Source of the DNA: Neocallimastix sp. 'constans'
Taxonomy: Eukaryota
Direction: 5' to 3'
Length of the DNA stretch: 64,000 nucleotides
NCBI GenBank assembly: GCA_050613775.1
Contig: JBODTK010000129.1
Coordinates: 1-64,000 of the forward strand
Below, in pieces: positions 14,351 through 28,057 of this stretch. Position numbers and translations under genes: made by a program. Each line of letters starts with the position of its first letter. Position 1 is the first letter of the stretch. Under the pieces are notes generated by a model that saw nothing but the letters and a program-made list of their open reading frames with translations, did no database searches and was not told the DNA's origin.

Positions 14351-17025
14351 AGTGTAAGTAGAAATAATTTTAATGAAACTAATGAACAATTGCTTTATTA
14401 ATAATTGTAATAGTATTAATAATATTAGTATTGATAATAATAGTAATGATAATAGTAATAATTAAAAGAATAATTATATTTATATTAATAGTGGAACTCT
14501 CGATTATAATAATAATAACAATATATTTAATTTAAAATAATAATTTGAAATAATTAATAGTAATCTAGAAACATTCCTTTTAAAATATATTATTGGTATT
14601 TATATTTATATATATTTTTTACTTTAAATAGAATTCTTATTTATTTTTCATATCTGTTACATAAAATATTAAAGTATAATTCAATAAGAGCACTTCTCCT
14701 GGTAAGAATTTCCACACAAAAGATATTAAGTTACTTAAATTTTATAAATAAATAAGTAAAAAAAAAAAAAAAAAATACCTATTATAATATTTTTTAAACA
14801 TGAACTATAAAAATAATTTTATGAACTATAGGCTCTAGCCTCTACTCAATATGAATTGAAAGTATTGAAAGTAATTAAAAAAAGTTAATATTCTAATTAT
14901 AAAAAATATATTAAGTAAATAAACTGAATAAGTAGGTTAATTATCTATATTAAAAAGAATTCAATTCTAGTTGAAAAATAGGACAACCAATAAAAGGAGG
15001 ATCTTCTGTTAATTTATATATTATAGACATAAAAAAAATAATAATAATTTCTGATTAGCAAACAAAAAAAATACAGAATTTTTTTTTTTTTTACGTTATT
15101 ATTGGTAATAAACAAATAATAGTAACCATCAATAAAATAGATGCATGTGTATGTTATGGACATCGATACAGAAATTAAAGAAGAAATGAAAAAAAAAAAA
15201 TCATTAAAAAGTATGGATTTAAATCAAATGATACATAATTTGTAGGATATTAAGGATAAAGAAATTGATATATTTTTTTGTTTGTTTGATTGCTTTTTTG
15301 TTTTGTTTTTTGTTTTTGTTTTTGTTTTTGTTATATTAATTATTAATATATTAATAGGCTTCATACTAATTTTTTAATTTTTTTTTTAATGTAATTTTTT
15401 GTCTTTAATATTTTATTAATTTTACTAATTATTATTATATTATTATTATTATTAATTATTAATTAATATTATTATTATTATTTTAGTTTTTCTAATTTCC
15501 TAATTAAATGCTATATATCATTAAAATTATTCTATGAACATGTATATATTCAACTTCATGTACCTCCTTTTCTTTTATTATAATTACTACAAATATTGTA
15601 ATTACAACTGGTAAAAAATAATATTATTAATTATTATTGTTGTTATTGTTATTACTGTTATTATTTGTTATTAATGTTATTGTTATTATAAAAAATAAAA
15701 AATAAAAAAAAAGTTATTGTAATAATTATTAAATATATTTAATTTTTGAAATTACTTAATATTTATGAAACTTTATGGTTTAATAATTTATAATACTATA
15801 TATTAATTTTTTTAAACCATAAAGTTTCATAAATATTAACTATGAAATAGGATATTAACAAAATATAATATAAATTAAATCCACATTTTCATGTTTAAAA
15901 AATTTTTAATAAATAAATAAATTTTTAAAATTCATGGTAATTCTATGGCATCATCCGTCAATAAAATTTAATTACTTTTTAATAACATTAGTATTTTTTT
16001 TTCTTGGTTTTTTGTTTCCAAAATTTGATAGTTTATATAATATTTAACACTCATTATGCATACATTATATATTAAAGCCACATAAATATATTGTTTTAAC
16101 TAATGTAGATACAAATTATTGATAAAACAACACAAATTTTGTAAATTAGAAATTACAATTTTTTCTTTCAATTCTTCATTATTTATTTATTATTTTTAAT
16201 TTATTCATTATATAATAAATTATATTGCATAATATAAATACTATTCAAGACATATATAGACAATATAAAAAAAATACTTTTAAACTAAATTGTTAAAAAA
16301 AATTTTAATATTTAATAATATTTATATAAACTATTATTATATTATAAATAATAGATTATATAATAATGATTTATATAAATATAATTAAATATTAAAAAAT
16401 TTTTTTAACAAAGTTTATGAAATATAATTTTTATATATACATATATATATAATATGTATATATAATATATATTTTATAATTATTCATATAAATAATATAT
16501 ATTCCAATATTTTTATATAAATTTTATAGCCTAACCTATTAAAATATTTATAATAATTAATGATTATAATCAATGTTAAATAAGCTACTAATATAAATTA
16601 TAAATATTTTTTTAAATATATTAATATATTAAAAAATTAGTATATTAATATATTCAATTATACTAACAGAATTAAATTCATTTAATAATAATAAAAGATC
16701 AAATTTTCATATTTAATTTAATTGTTATTTTAGCACATTTTTTTTATCTAATCATATATTAGCAATATATTGAATTATACATCAATTTATTTTATTAAAT
16801 TCCATAAATTCAATAAATTTATTATTTGTACTACTATATATTTTCTTTATAAATTTATATTTTTGAAATTTTAAAAATTATTATTTATTACTATAAATTT
16901 ATATTTAATATATATTATAAATATTTTTTTAAATAAAAAATAAATCATTTTAACATTTATTATTTAATTAAAATATTATTATTTATAATTTAATAATAAT
17001 TCATATTTTATTTGAATAATGAAAT

Positions 17026-17057
<32 letters not shown>

Positions 17058-17531
17058 GGTATAGATTGACATTAAATGTTTTCTATATATTATATAAATT
17101 ATAAATTGAACTCTATCAATTTTATATAATAAATTATAGTCCAGACAAATTCCAATTGTACATTAATTATAGATTTATAGTTTTTATAGAATATGATTGG
17201 ATAATAATTTATTAAAATTGGATTTTTATCGAATCACAAAATTTTGTAAGCTTCGCCCGTTTATCCATTCTAATACATTATTATTATTATCTTATTCGCT
17301 GGATTTCAATTAATCTAACAACGTATGGATTTGAATTTCGTAAGGTAGTTTAAAAGGTCAAAATACATGCAATGCCCTTTTTGAATCTTTTACAGAAAAA
17401 TATACTTATAATTTTATTATAAACTTTAAAATTTTTTTTCTAAAATATAAAAATATAAATTTTAGAAAAAAAATACTATCAATAAATATATATTAATTTT
17501 TTTATAAAAAGTAATAATAAATCAACAAACA

Positions 17532-19463
17532 ATGGCTGATAATAGGTAATACTATATTAATAATTAATTAATATATTCATATTCAAAAATAAATGAAATT
17601 TATCAACAACATTAATACAATATTAAAATCAAAAAAGAAAAATAAAATTAAATCAACACTAAATAATATGAAAATTAAAACAACATTAAATAATATTACA
17701 AAAATAAACAATATATATATAAATTTGAAGAATTGAAATAGCATAAGTAAATCAGCAAAAGTATATATGAAGAAATATAAATAATAATCAATAATAAAGG
17801 GAAATAAAAAAAGTAAAATGTGAAAATATATTTTCAGATAGAAAAATAATAAATAAATAATTCTATAATGAAGTTATTGAAATATTATAAAAAAAATGAA
17901 AGAAAAAAATATTAATATTATTAAAAATGAATTTGTTTTAGTAATAATTTTGAAAATATGAATTTGTTTTAGTAATAATTTTGAAGAAAGTAAATCGTAA
18001 AATTAATAAATATAAAATTACATATATATATAATAGAAGAGAAGCTGGATTCAGTGATGTTCCAGAAGGTGAAATTGAAGTAAGTGGTTTAAATTAAAAA
18101 AAATAATTTTAAAAAATAATTTTAAAAAAAAATAATTTTAAAAAATAATTTTAAAAAAAAAAGAGAAGTGTGTAAATATATTAATTAATTTAATTGTATT
18201 AACTAATAATTTATAAATTAATTAATAGTCAAACTGGGATGAAGTTACTGATAACTTTGATGATATGAACCTTAAGGAAGAATTATTACGTGGTGTTTTT
18301 GCCTACGGGTAAATATTAATAAACAAATTTAAAAATAAAATAAATAATAACTAAAGAATTATATCTGTATTAATAAATAAAATATTATTTTATAAAGTTT
18401 TGAAAAGCCATCTGCTATTCAACAACGTGCTATTCTTCCAGTTATTAAGGGTCATGATGTTATTGCTCAAGCTCAATCTGGTACTGGTAAGACTGCTACC
18501 TTCTCTATTTCTATCCTTCAATCAATTGATATTAGTATCCGTAAGTGTCAAGCTCTTGTTCTTTCACCAACTCGTGAATTAGCTCAACAAATTCAAAAGG
18601 TTGTCTTAGCTCTTGGTGACTACATGGACTGTAAATGTCACGCCTGTATTGGTGGTACTAATGTCCGTGATGACATGAAAATCTTAGAAGCTGGTGTTCA
18701 TGTTGTCGTCGGTACTCCAGGTCGTGTCTGGGATATGATCAACCGTCGTGCTCTTAACACTGAAAACATTAAGATGTTCGTTCTTGATGAAGCTGATGAA
18801 ATGTTATCTCGTGGTTTCAAGGATCAAATTTACGAAGTTTTCCAACTCTTACCACCACAAACTCAAGTTGTCTTACTTTCTGCTACTATGCCACCAGATG
18901 TTCTTGAAGTTACCAAGAACTTCATGCGTGATCCAATCAGAATTTTAGTTAAGCGTGATGAATTAACTTTAGAAGGTATTAAACAATTTTACGTTTCCGT
19001 TGAAAAGGAAGAATGGAAATTAGATACTTTATGTGATTTATACGAAACTGTTACTATTACTCAAGCCATTATCTTCTGTAACACCAGAAGAAAGGTCGAC
19101 TGGCTTACTGAAAAGATGCAATCTAGAGAATTTACTGTTTCTGCTATGCACGGTGAAATGACTCAAGCCGAAAGAGAAATCATTATGAGAGAATTCAGAT
19201 CTGGTTCTTCTCGTGTCTTAATTACCACTGATTTACTTGCTCGTGGTATTGATGTCCAACAAATTTCCCTTGTTATTAACTACGATTTACCAGCTAACAG
19301 AGAAAACTACATTCACAGAATTGGTCGTGGTGGTCGTTTCGGTCGTAAGGGTGTTGCTATTAACTTCGTTACTAACGAAGATGTTAGAATGCTTCGTGAT
19401 ATTGAACAATTCTACAACACTCAAATTGAAGAAATGCCAATGAACATTGCCGAATTAATCTAG
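17532..19463 (+). CDS. TIF1: Translation initiation factor eIF4A (DEAD-box helicase); exons 17532-17545, 18037-18079, 18229-18308, 18398-19463
   Basis: Spliced translation [56 protein letters not shown]... with [21 protein letters not shown] and HRIGRGGR motifs. All introns are GT-AG. Confidence 0.97.
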
Positions 19464-19872
19464 ATTTAGAATTAGATTAAGATATAGTTTTATAAATTCA
19501 TCAAGTACATATTTATTTTTACTATTTATAAAAAAATGAACATTTATTGATCCTAAAGAAAACAAAAACGAAAAAAAAATCATAAAAAATCGAAAGTAAA
19601 TATTAAAAAAAAAAATTTTTTTTTATTGATAAAAATAGTAATAATAGGCGAAAAAAATTTTTTTTTTAATTTTTAGTTTTTTAATATATATAATTTTTAA
19701 ATAAGCTTGTTATTATTATAGTTATTTATAAAAGTTATTTTGAAACTACTTTGCTCAAAAAATATCCAATAATAAAATTTTTTATTTGTAATTTAATAAT
19801 TAAATATTTTAAATTATAAATTAAAAAATTTGGAGAACGAAGATTAAAAAGTTTTAAATTTATGTAAAAGGG

Positions 19873-19908
<36 letters not shown>

Positions 19909-20234
19909 GGAGAAATTTTTAAAAGGAATTTTAAAGAAAATGAATAAAAAAAAATTTTTTTTTTGGAAATTATTAAAAAAAAATAGATTTTTTTAAAAAA
20001 GAAAAAAAATTTAAAAAAAGAAAAATACCAAAAATATATAATAAATATGTAAAAAAAAAATAATTTTATTTACATATGAAAAATATATTTACAATAATAA
20101 AAAATAATTGAAAATAAAAAATATATATATTTCAAAATTAAATCAAAAAAAAAAAAAAAAAAAAAAACATATTTATAATATAGTGTAAATTTTTAATTAA
20201 AAAGAAGTTTAAGCTTTTAATAAAAATTATTCCT

Positions 20235-20899
20235 ATTTTATTTTATTTTATTTTATTTTATTTTATTCAATCCTGTACTTTATATTTATATTTCTACTAT
20301 TTATTTTATTTTATTTTATTCAATCTGTACTTTATATTTAATATTCTGCTATTTATTTTATTTTATTTTATTCAATCTGTACTTTATATTTAATATTCTG
20401 CTATTTATTTTATTTTATTTTATTCAATCTGTACTTTATATTTAATATTCTGCTATTTATTTTATTTTATTTTATTCAATCTGTACTTTATATTTAATAT
20501 TCTGCTATTTATTTTATTTTATTTTATTCAATCTGTACTTTATATTTAATATTCTGCTATTTATTTTATTTTATTTTATTCAATCTGTACTTTATATTTA
20601 ATATTCTGCTATTTATTTTATTTTATTTTATTCAATCTGTACTTTATATTTAATATTCTGCTATTTATTTTATTTTATTTTATTTTATTTTATTTTATTT
20701 TATTTTATTTTATTTTATTTTATTTTATTTTATTTTATTTTATTTTATTTTATTTTATTTTATTTTATTTTATTTTATTTTATTTTATTTTATTTTATTT
20801 TATTTTATTTTATTTTATTTTATTTTATTTTATTTTATTTTATTTTATTTTATTTTATTTTATTTTATTTTATTTTATTTTATTTTATTTTATTTTATT
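20235..20899 (+). repeat. 52-bp tandem minisatellite (8 copies, 20268-20663) followed by pure (TTTTA)n
   Basis: Unit caatctgtactttatatttaatattctgctatttattttattttattttatt starts at 20321, 20373, 20425, 20477, 20529, 20581 and 20633, with a variant at 20268. Confidence 0.97.
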
Positions 20900-20909
20900 C
20901 TTCTTTTTT

Positions 20910-21455
20910 ACCTTCAGGAAACTGGTAATAGTAAGTTTCTCATTAAAGGGAACTCTCCTTCTATTTTTGGTTATGAGTTTGTTTTCCTTCGTGCTAATTC
21001 TAAAATACCTGGAATGAGAGGTTTATATTTCGGTGTTCATAATTCATGTTCTTATACTGCTAAAAATGTCAACTACAATTAGATCATATCAGTTAGTCTA
21101 ACGTCATTTTGGAATCAAAAATGTTCTAAAATGGAAAAATGGTTAAGTAGTCATAATAAGGAAAATTCTCCTGCTGTTCTTTCGATAATATACTTAAGAA
21201 GTATATTATCAAAAATTTCCCTGACTGGACTATTGCTAATCTTACTGGTAGTAGTAGTACTTTGAAAAAGCTTAAAAGTGCCTTAAGTTCCAATCGTTAT
21301 AAAGCAAATATTGTCAAAATTAGTAACTATTTTATAAACAAAGACTATAGTCATGGTTGGCGTAGTCTCAAGAAGATCTCTAAACCTACATATTCAGTCT
21401 TTATCCTTCATCTTGTTAAGTCTAAATCTGGTCAGGATCTTTTTGATCCCAACGA
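20910..21455 (+). mobile_element. Non-LTR (LINE) fragment, APE-endonuclease region with internal deletions
   Basis: LQETGNSKFL...RANSKIPGMRGLYFGVH aligns with CLQEVGNSQYL...RKTNQNILGMRGLSISLH of the LINE at 34.7 kb. Confidence 0.8.
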
Positions 21456-22450
21456 TCCTGTATTATCATTATGCCTTATCAGTACGACGTCGACGCTCTT
21501 GGATAACTTTGGTATTTTGCAATACCTATCAAATAATAGCTCAAACGAACTACTTATGATAGATATTGCACTTGTTAAGAATTCCGCCAAACCCACAATT
21601 TTTGGAACAGGTGACTCAGATGAACCTTTGAAAAGTAGTTCATTTAATTGTCTCTGTTCCCCACTATCGAAATGTAGCTCATTTAAAACTAAAGTCCCAC
21701 CAAGAAGGAACAAGTATATATAATGATTGATATAATCTTCAAAGTTAGAAATAGAGTCATAGGAAGAAAGAGGATTAAACATTCTAATCTTCCTAAGGAA
21801 TAAAACATAGAGATCATCGATGAAATTTAAAGAATTCTATCTAAAAGATGCAAGAGCATCGCATTTAAAAATCCAATATTCAAAAGATTGTTTATCTTCG
21901 CCACAACAGGGGCAAGACTTGGGACAATCTTCTGAAACTCTACCCATTCTAATAGCATAGTATTGTATTTATAACCACAGCGTAAACGTATAATCCACGA
22001 AAACCCTAAGTTGAATTAGGGATATTTTAAGCTAAGCATAATTATAGCTTTATTGTTTGAGAACTTATTACAATCGTAATTTTGACCTTTAAAACCTTGA
22101 AATTTGGCAACTGATTTCCAGTAACGTTCTAAAATATCGTCATATTTTTCACATTTATATTTTTTGATTTTTTTATACAGTGTTCTAGATTCTTTAGTCC
22201 AGGAATAATAATGCATTTTGGGAATAGATTTAATAAGATCCTTTATAATACAGTTTGATTTATTCCATTTTGCAAATGATTTAATCTGTAAGGCTGCGCA
22301 AACACCAGCAATAGGAGGAATGCTTAGATCTCGAGATAAAGCATAGTAGAATTATGTCTAATATAGTCATTGTCTTCTGAACTTGTTTTACCATTTTTAG
22401 AGAATGAGCCGATACACCAAAATAGACCAGTATTAATTAATGCTCTTATT
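21456..22450 (-). mobile_element. Non-LTR (LINE) fragment, C-terminal region with Cys/His finger
   Basis: MHYYSWTKESRTL, SEDCPKSCPCCG, GEQRQL, LAEFLT and KSVDV are all homologous to the LINE at 35.3-36.8 kb. Confidence 0.9.
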
Positions 22451-22939
22451 AATATTTAACATTTTGTAATAAAAATATTAAATAATAAGAATATTAAAAA
22501 TAATTTAACACTTTAAAGATTAAAAATCTTTATAATAATATTAAATAATACACAGTTAAATATATTAGTAAAATAATTTTTTTTTTAAGTCTTATACAAA
22601 ATTTGTCTTGTTTTTTAAATAAAAAATATTTTTATTTTTATTAATATTATTAATAATTTTATTTAAAGATATTAAATAAATAAATAATTATTTTGATAAA
22701 TATAAAGATTAAATAAATTTATATTACAATAAGATATAACGTTTATAATAATAAACTTTTTTTTTTTTTTTTTTTTTTTAATTATTCTAAAACGATAATA
22801 TCAAATAATAGAACTTATATATATGGGTAAGTTTAATTCTAATTTTTTTTTTTGTATTTTTTTTATATAAATTTTTATAATTTTTTTTTTTTTTTTTTTT
22901 TTTTATATATATATTTCTTATTTTATTCTAACTTTTAAT

Positions 22940-25363
22940 TTACATCTTTTCATGGAAAGTACGAGCAATAACTTCCTTTTGTTGAGCAGGTGTTAATTTA
23001 ACAAAATTGACAGCATAACCTGAAACACGAATAGTAAGATTTGGATAGTTTTCTGGATGAGCCATGGCATCTTCTAAAGTTTCACGCTTAAGAACATTAA
23101 CATTAAGATGGTGAGCACCCTTGGTGAAATAACCATCTAATAAACCAGAAAGGTTACCTTGACGTTCTTGCATTGTCTTACCAATGGTATTTGGAACAAT
23201 AGAGAAGGTGTTGGAGATACCATCCATACAAGAATCATATCTAACCTTAGCAACAGAAGAAAGAGAAGCAACGGCACCAGAGAATTCACGACCATGCATT
23301 GGATTACAACCTGGTGCGAATGGTTGACCAGCCTTACGACCATCCGGAGTAGAACCAGTCTTCTTACCATAAACGACATTAGAAGTAATGGTAAGAATAG
23401 AAAGAGTATGCATAGCACCACGGTAAGTTGGTGTCTTTCTTAACTTAGTAATAAGTTTATCAGTAACAGTACGAGCGAAGAAATCAACACGATCATCATC
23501 ATTACCAAATTTTGGAAAATCACCTTCAACCTTAAAATCAACAGTTAAACCAGTTTCTGGGTCACGAATTGGAGTAACCTTAGCATATTTAATAGCAGAG
23601 AAGGAATCAGCAACAACAGAAAGACCAGCAACACCGAAGGCCATAAGACGACGGACATCGGTATCGTGAAGAGCCATTTGAAGAGATTCGTAACAGTATT
23701 GGTCATGACAGAAGTGAATAACATTCATGGTATTGACGTAAAGCTTAGCAATCCAATCCATTGCCTTGTCGTAGGTTTCCCACATCCAGTCAAATGGAAT
23801 TGGGCCTTCTGGAACTGGACCGAAGTCTGGACCAACTTGTTTACCAGTTCTTTCATCCATACCATGGTTAAGAACGTAAAGCATAAGCTTAGCAAGGTTA
23901 CAACGAGCACCAAAGAATTGCATATCTTTACCAATTCTCATAGCAGAAACACAGCAAGCAATACCATAATCATCACCAAATCTGGCGGACATAAGTGCAT
24001 CAGATTCATATTGAATGGAAGAAGTATCAATAGAAACTTTAGTGGCAAAGTCTTTGAAGTTCTTTGGAAGAGATTTGTTCCAGAGGACAGTAATGTTTGG
24101 TTCTGGAGCTGGACCTAAATTGTAAAGTGTGTTAAGAACACGGTAAGAAGTCTTAGTAACTAAGGTACGTCCATCACTACCCATACCACCAAGAGACATA
24201 GTAACCCAGGTTGGGTCACCAGCAAATAAATCATTGTATTCTGGAGTACGTAAGTGACGAGCGAAACGTAACTTTAAGATAAGGTTATCAATGATTTCTT
24301 GAGCTTCAGATTCAGTAATAACACCATTCTTTAAATCATTTTCAAAGAAACAATCAAGGAAGGCATCAACACGACCAAGAGACATAGCAGCACCATCTTG
24401 TTCCTTGATTGAACCTAAGTAACCAAAGTAAACGAATTGAGTAGCTTCTCTAGCATTCTTGGCTGGTTCAGTGATATCAATACCATAAGATTTAGCCATT
24501 TGAGTAAGTTGTTTAAGAGCCTTAACTTGATCAGCAACTTCACCAATTAATTTCATAGTTGGTTCATCCATTTGTTTCTTTTGCAATTCAGCCTTATCTT
24601 TTTCCTTTTGAGCAATAAGACGATCAGTACCATAAAGAGCAACACGACGGTAATCACCAATAATACGACCACGACCATAACCATCTGGTAAACCAGTCAT
24701 AATAGCATTAGAACGACCAGCTCTCATTTCCTTTGAGTAGATATCAAAGACTGCAGTATTATGAGTCTTACGGAAATCAGTGAAAATATGCTCAACTTCC
24801 TTATCCATTGGAACATTAACAGCTTTAAGAGCATTTTTGACCATGTTAACACCACCGAATGGCTTAATTGCTCTCTTAAGTGGAACATCAGTTTGATAAC
24901 CATAGATAACTTCATTGTCTTTATCAAGGTATCCTGGTTTATGAGAAGTAATAGTAGATGGTGTGTGTGGATCGACATCGTATAAACCACCATTAGCACG
25001 TTCCTTAGCTAAATATTCTTCAGCCTTAGCGAAAAGCTTTTTAGTCTTTTCAGTTGGACCAGCAAGGAATGAACCATCACCTTCGTATGGAGTATAGTGC
25101 TTTTTAATCCAACCTTCAACATCAATTTCACTTTTAGAAGCAGCATCTTTTGTAATACATGGAGCTTGAGTAGCATATGTTTTAGTTTGAGATAATGATA
25201 TCATCTTAGTAGCTTTATCATTAACACTATTAGCAATTTTCATAGATGAGGTGTGGAGAGAACGAGAAATTCTAACACCAGCTATTTTAGTAGCAGCAAC
25301 AGCTGGAACTGAAACTGACTTAGTAACTGCATTGTTTACTTGATATAAAGTTAAACTTTCCAT
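22940..25363 (-). CDS. pfl: Pyruvate formate-lyase (glycyl radical enzyme) with N-terminal hydrogenosomal-type presequence; intronless
   Basis: 807-aa ORF with [22 protein letters not shown], catalytic IACCVS and glycyl-radical TIRVSGYAV motifs, plus a ~65-aa Ser/Thr/Ala/basic N-terminal extension. Confidence 0.98.
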   Translation of the reverse strand: MESLTLYQVNNAVTKSVSVPAVAATKIAGVRISRSLHTSSMKIANSVNDKATKMISLSQTKTYATQAPCITKDAASKSEIDVEGWIKKHYTPYEGDGSFLAGPTEKTKKLFAKAEEYLAKERANGGLYDVDPHTPSTITSHKPGYLDKDNEVIYGYQTDVPLKRAIKPFGGVNMVKNALKAVNVPMDKEVEHIFTDFRKTHNTAVFDIYSKEMRAGRSNAIMTGLPDGYGRGRIIGDYRRVALYGTDRLIAQKEKDKAELQKKQMDEPTMKLIGEVADQVKALKQLTQMAKSYGIDITEPAKNAREATQFVYFGYLGSIKEQDGAAMSLGRVDAFLDCFFENDLKNGVITESEAQEIIDNLILKLRFARHLRTPEYNDLFAGDPTWVTMSLGGMGSDGRTLVTKTSYRVLNTLYNLGPAPEPNITVLWNKSLPKNFKDFATKVSIDTSSIQYESDALMSARFGDDYGIACCVSAMRIGKDMQFFGARCNLAKLMLYVLNHGMDERTGKQVGPDFGPVPEGPIPFDWMWETYDKAMDWIAKLYVNTMNVIHFCHDQYCYESLQMALHDTDVRRLMAFGVAGLSVVADSFSAIKYAKVTPIRDPETGLTVDFKVEGDFPKFGNDDDRVDFFARTVTDKLITKLRKTPTYRGAMHTLSILTITSNVVYGKKTGSTPDGRKAGQPFAPGCNPMHGREFSGAVASLSSVAKVRYDSCMDGISNTFSIVPNTIGKTMQERQGNLSGLLDGYFTKGAHHLNVNVLKRETLEDAMAHPENYPNLTIRVSGYAVNFVKLTPAQQKEVIARTFHEKM

Positions 25364-25580
25364 TTTTATATATATTTAATAATACAAATAAATTCTCTAT
25401 TTAAATTGGTATACTTTTATATTGTTTATAATTCAATAATTTATTTTTTAAAATTTTTACTTATATTTCTGTTGAAATATTAATATTAATTATTTGACTG
25501 GGAATAATATAGAAAAAAAATTTAATGGAAAATTTATATCTTTATATATTAATTTGGAAATGGTTAAATTATTTTATTTT

Positions 25581-25628
<48 letters not shown>

Positions 25629-26591
25629 AATTTATGACAATAATATTAACTTTATTAGGAAAAAAATGCTATATAATTTATTAATTATTAAATAAATAAA
25701 TATAAATAAATGAATATAAATGAATATAAATATATTGATTGATTTTTAGGAAACATTGGCTAATTTTCAATATGCAAAATGAATAAAAAAAAAAAAAAAA
25801 AGTATGGTTACACATTTTTTAAGGAAATAATTACTAAAAGAATATATTTAAATAATATATTCCATGAATATATTCCATGAATATATTATTTAAATATATA
25901 ATTATAAAATTTTTTAACTTTTTTTTTTTATAAATTAAAACAATAAACCTTAAACTATATATTAGTAATATATTATAACATATAAATTTAAATATAAAAA
26001 TAAATAATGAATAAAGTAAAAATATGAATTTATTTATTTATTTACATATTTATTTATTTAATAAATAAGTAAAATAATCAATAAAAATAATAAAAATTTC
26101 ATCAATAATACATACAAAATTGATTATTTTATTTATGTATTATTATTGATTACTATTTATTTGGAATTTAATTTCAATCAATCATATGTTATTTAATAAA
26201 ACTAATTTGGATAATTAATAATATTCCACTTTTTTTTTTTATTTTAATGATTATTTATTTGTTTACATATTTGTTTGTTTGTTATTAATAATTTATTTAT
26301 TTATTTATTTATTATATTTCTCCACTTAATTTCATAAAATGAAAAATAAACCACAACTTTAATATAAAGCTTAGAACATATTTTACAATCAATAAAAAAA
26401 ACAATATTAAACCATTTAATTTGGTTTTGCTTCAAATATATATATTTATTATATATATTTATTTATATATTTTTATGATATTAAAAAAAAAATAGCTTTT
26501 TAAATTATAAAATATATAATTTTTTTTTATTAATATTGAAATATTTATATATTCTTTTAATATATATAAAAATATTTATTTTGTTTTAAAT

Positions 26592-26908
26592 GGGTGTGGG
26601 GCATTTCGCCAAATTGCATTTCGCCAGATTGCATTTCGCCAATTTTTTTGAAAGCATGTGGCGTATTAAAAAAATGTGGCATTTCGCCAAATTGCAATTC
26701 GCCAAGTTGCATTTCGCCAAATTGAAAATTATTAAATAAATAAATAAATCAATAAATAAAATTAAATATTATTAATATCACATAAAAACAATTTTAAAAA
26801 AATATATTTTGAATTAATATTTATTTATTTATTCATTTATTTATATCAATACTCTACTTGTCGAAATGCAACCTGGCGAAAAGCAACTTGGGGAAATGCA
26901 ACTCTCCG
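26592..26908. mobile_element. MITE with 9-bp TSD (Mutator-like by TSD length) and 15-bp subterminal repeats
   Basis: GTTTTAAAT is duplicated at 26583-26591 and 26909-26917. Six direct copies of GCATTTCGCCAARTT lie on the left, three inverted copies on the right, and the TIRs are imperfect. Confidence 0.85.
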
Positions 26909-27411
26909 GTTTTAAATGATGATTCTTTCTTGTTAAAGATTCTATTTCCGTCATTTCAAAAGCAAAATTTTTTTAAAAGTAAAAAAAAATAATATATATT
27001 TATAGAAAGAAGAAAGTATTTTTACATAAATAAAAGTATAGATAACAAAGAAACTTCTTTATACTAATAAATATTAAACATAATTTAATTCATCATGCTT
27101 AGATTTTTACAAATTACAATTTTATATATTCCATCTTTATAGTTAAAAAAAAATAACTATGATAACAGTATTTTATAATAAAAATAATTATTTTCTAAAT
27201 AATATATAAATTAAACTTTTCATCTAATCATTTACATTTAATTTTTTTATGATCTAATCCTTATTTTTATTGGGTTTTTATAGTATAATAAATAAGTAAA
27301 TAAATAAATAAATAAATAAATAAAGTAATTAATTAATAAATTCAAATTTTAATTCCATATTTAAACTTCTTAATTAAAATAAAAATATAATTAAAAGAAA
27401 TATTTTATAAA

Positions 27412-27531
27412 TCAGATTAGCTGAACACTCAATAAGGTTGTCTGGTAGGGAAACATTATCTGCCTATGCGAAAGCATACAGAAACGTTGTGACTACCTCA
27501 ATATTGAGGTAGTCAAATAAATAAATAAATA
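27412..27531. other. Short GC-enriched structured element (GAAA-tetraloop hairpin, perfect 26-bp palindrome, (AAAT)n tail)
   Basis: tatgc-gaaa-gcata at 27465-27478 and TGACTACCTCAATATTGAGGTAGTCA at 27490-27515. Confidence 0.6.
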
Positions 27532-27779
27532 AAAAAAAAAGAATAAAATAATTTTTTTTTTTTTTTTTTCTATTTTAATAATTTTCATATATTAAAATTA
27601 GTGAAAAATATAGTTTAATCTATATAGTAATAAATAATCTCTTGTATATTTTTGAATTTAACTTTTTTTTTTTTTTTTCTTTTTATATTTTAGACTTATT
27701 TTAAGAGATAAATATGATGATAGTAATTATAAACGAGGTTTTTTTTTTTTTTTAATTATATATATGAGTTATTGATATT

Positions 27780-27833
<54 letters not shown>

Positions 27834-28001
27834 TTAATTATTATATTATTATTATAATTATTATTAAATAATTTTGTTTAATTATTAATAATTATTATTT
27901 TTTAAATGAACGATAACTATTACTTATATGTATATTTATATACAATTACTATCATTATTTTTATTTTATTTATTATTATAAAATAATAACTATATAAATA
28001 T

Positions 28002-28057
<56 letters not shown>

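Noticed and set aside
17546..18228. Intronic snoRNAs in eIF4A
   Set aside because: No convincing C/D or H/ACA boxes; only short AT-rich tandem duplications.
20268..20663. CRISPR-like regularly spaced repeats
   Set aside because: The spacers are identical TTTTA runs, there are no cas genes, and the context is eukaryotic; this is a minisatellite.
23137..24999. Short overlapping or antisense ORFs in PFL (and similar ones in eIF4A, the copia and the ABC gene)
   Set aside because: Shadow frames produced by codon bias; no recognisable motifs.
26601..26723. CRISPR- or iteron-like GCATTTCGCC repeats
   Set aside because: Explained as subterminal repeats of a TSD-flanked MITE.
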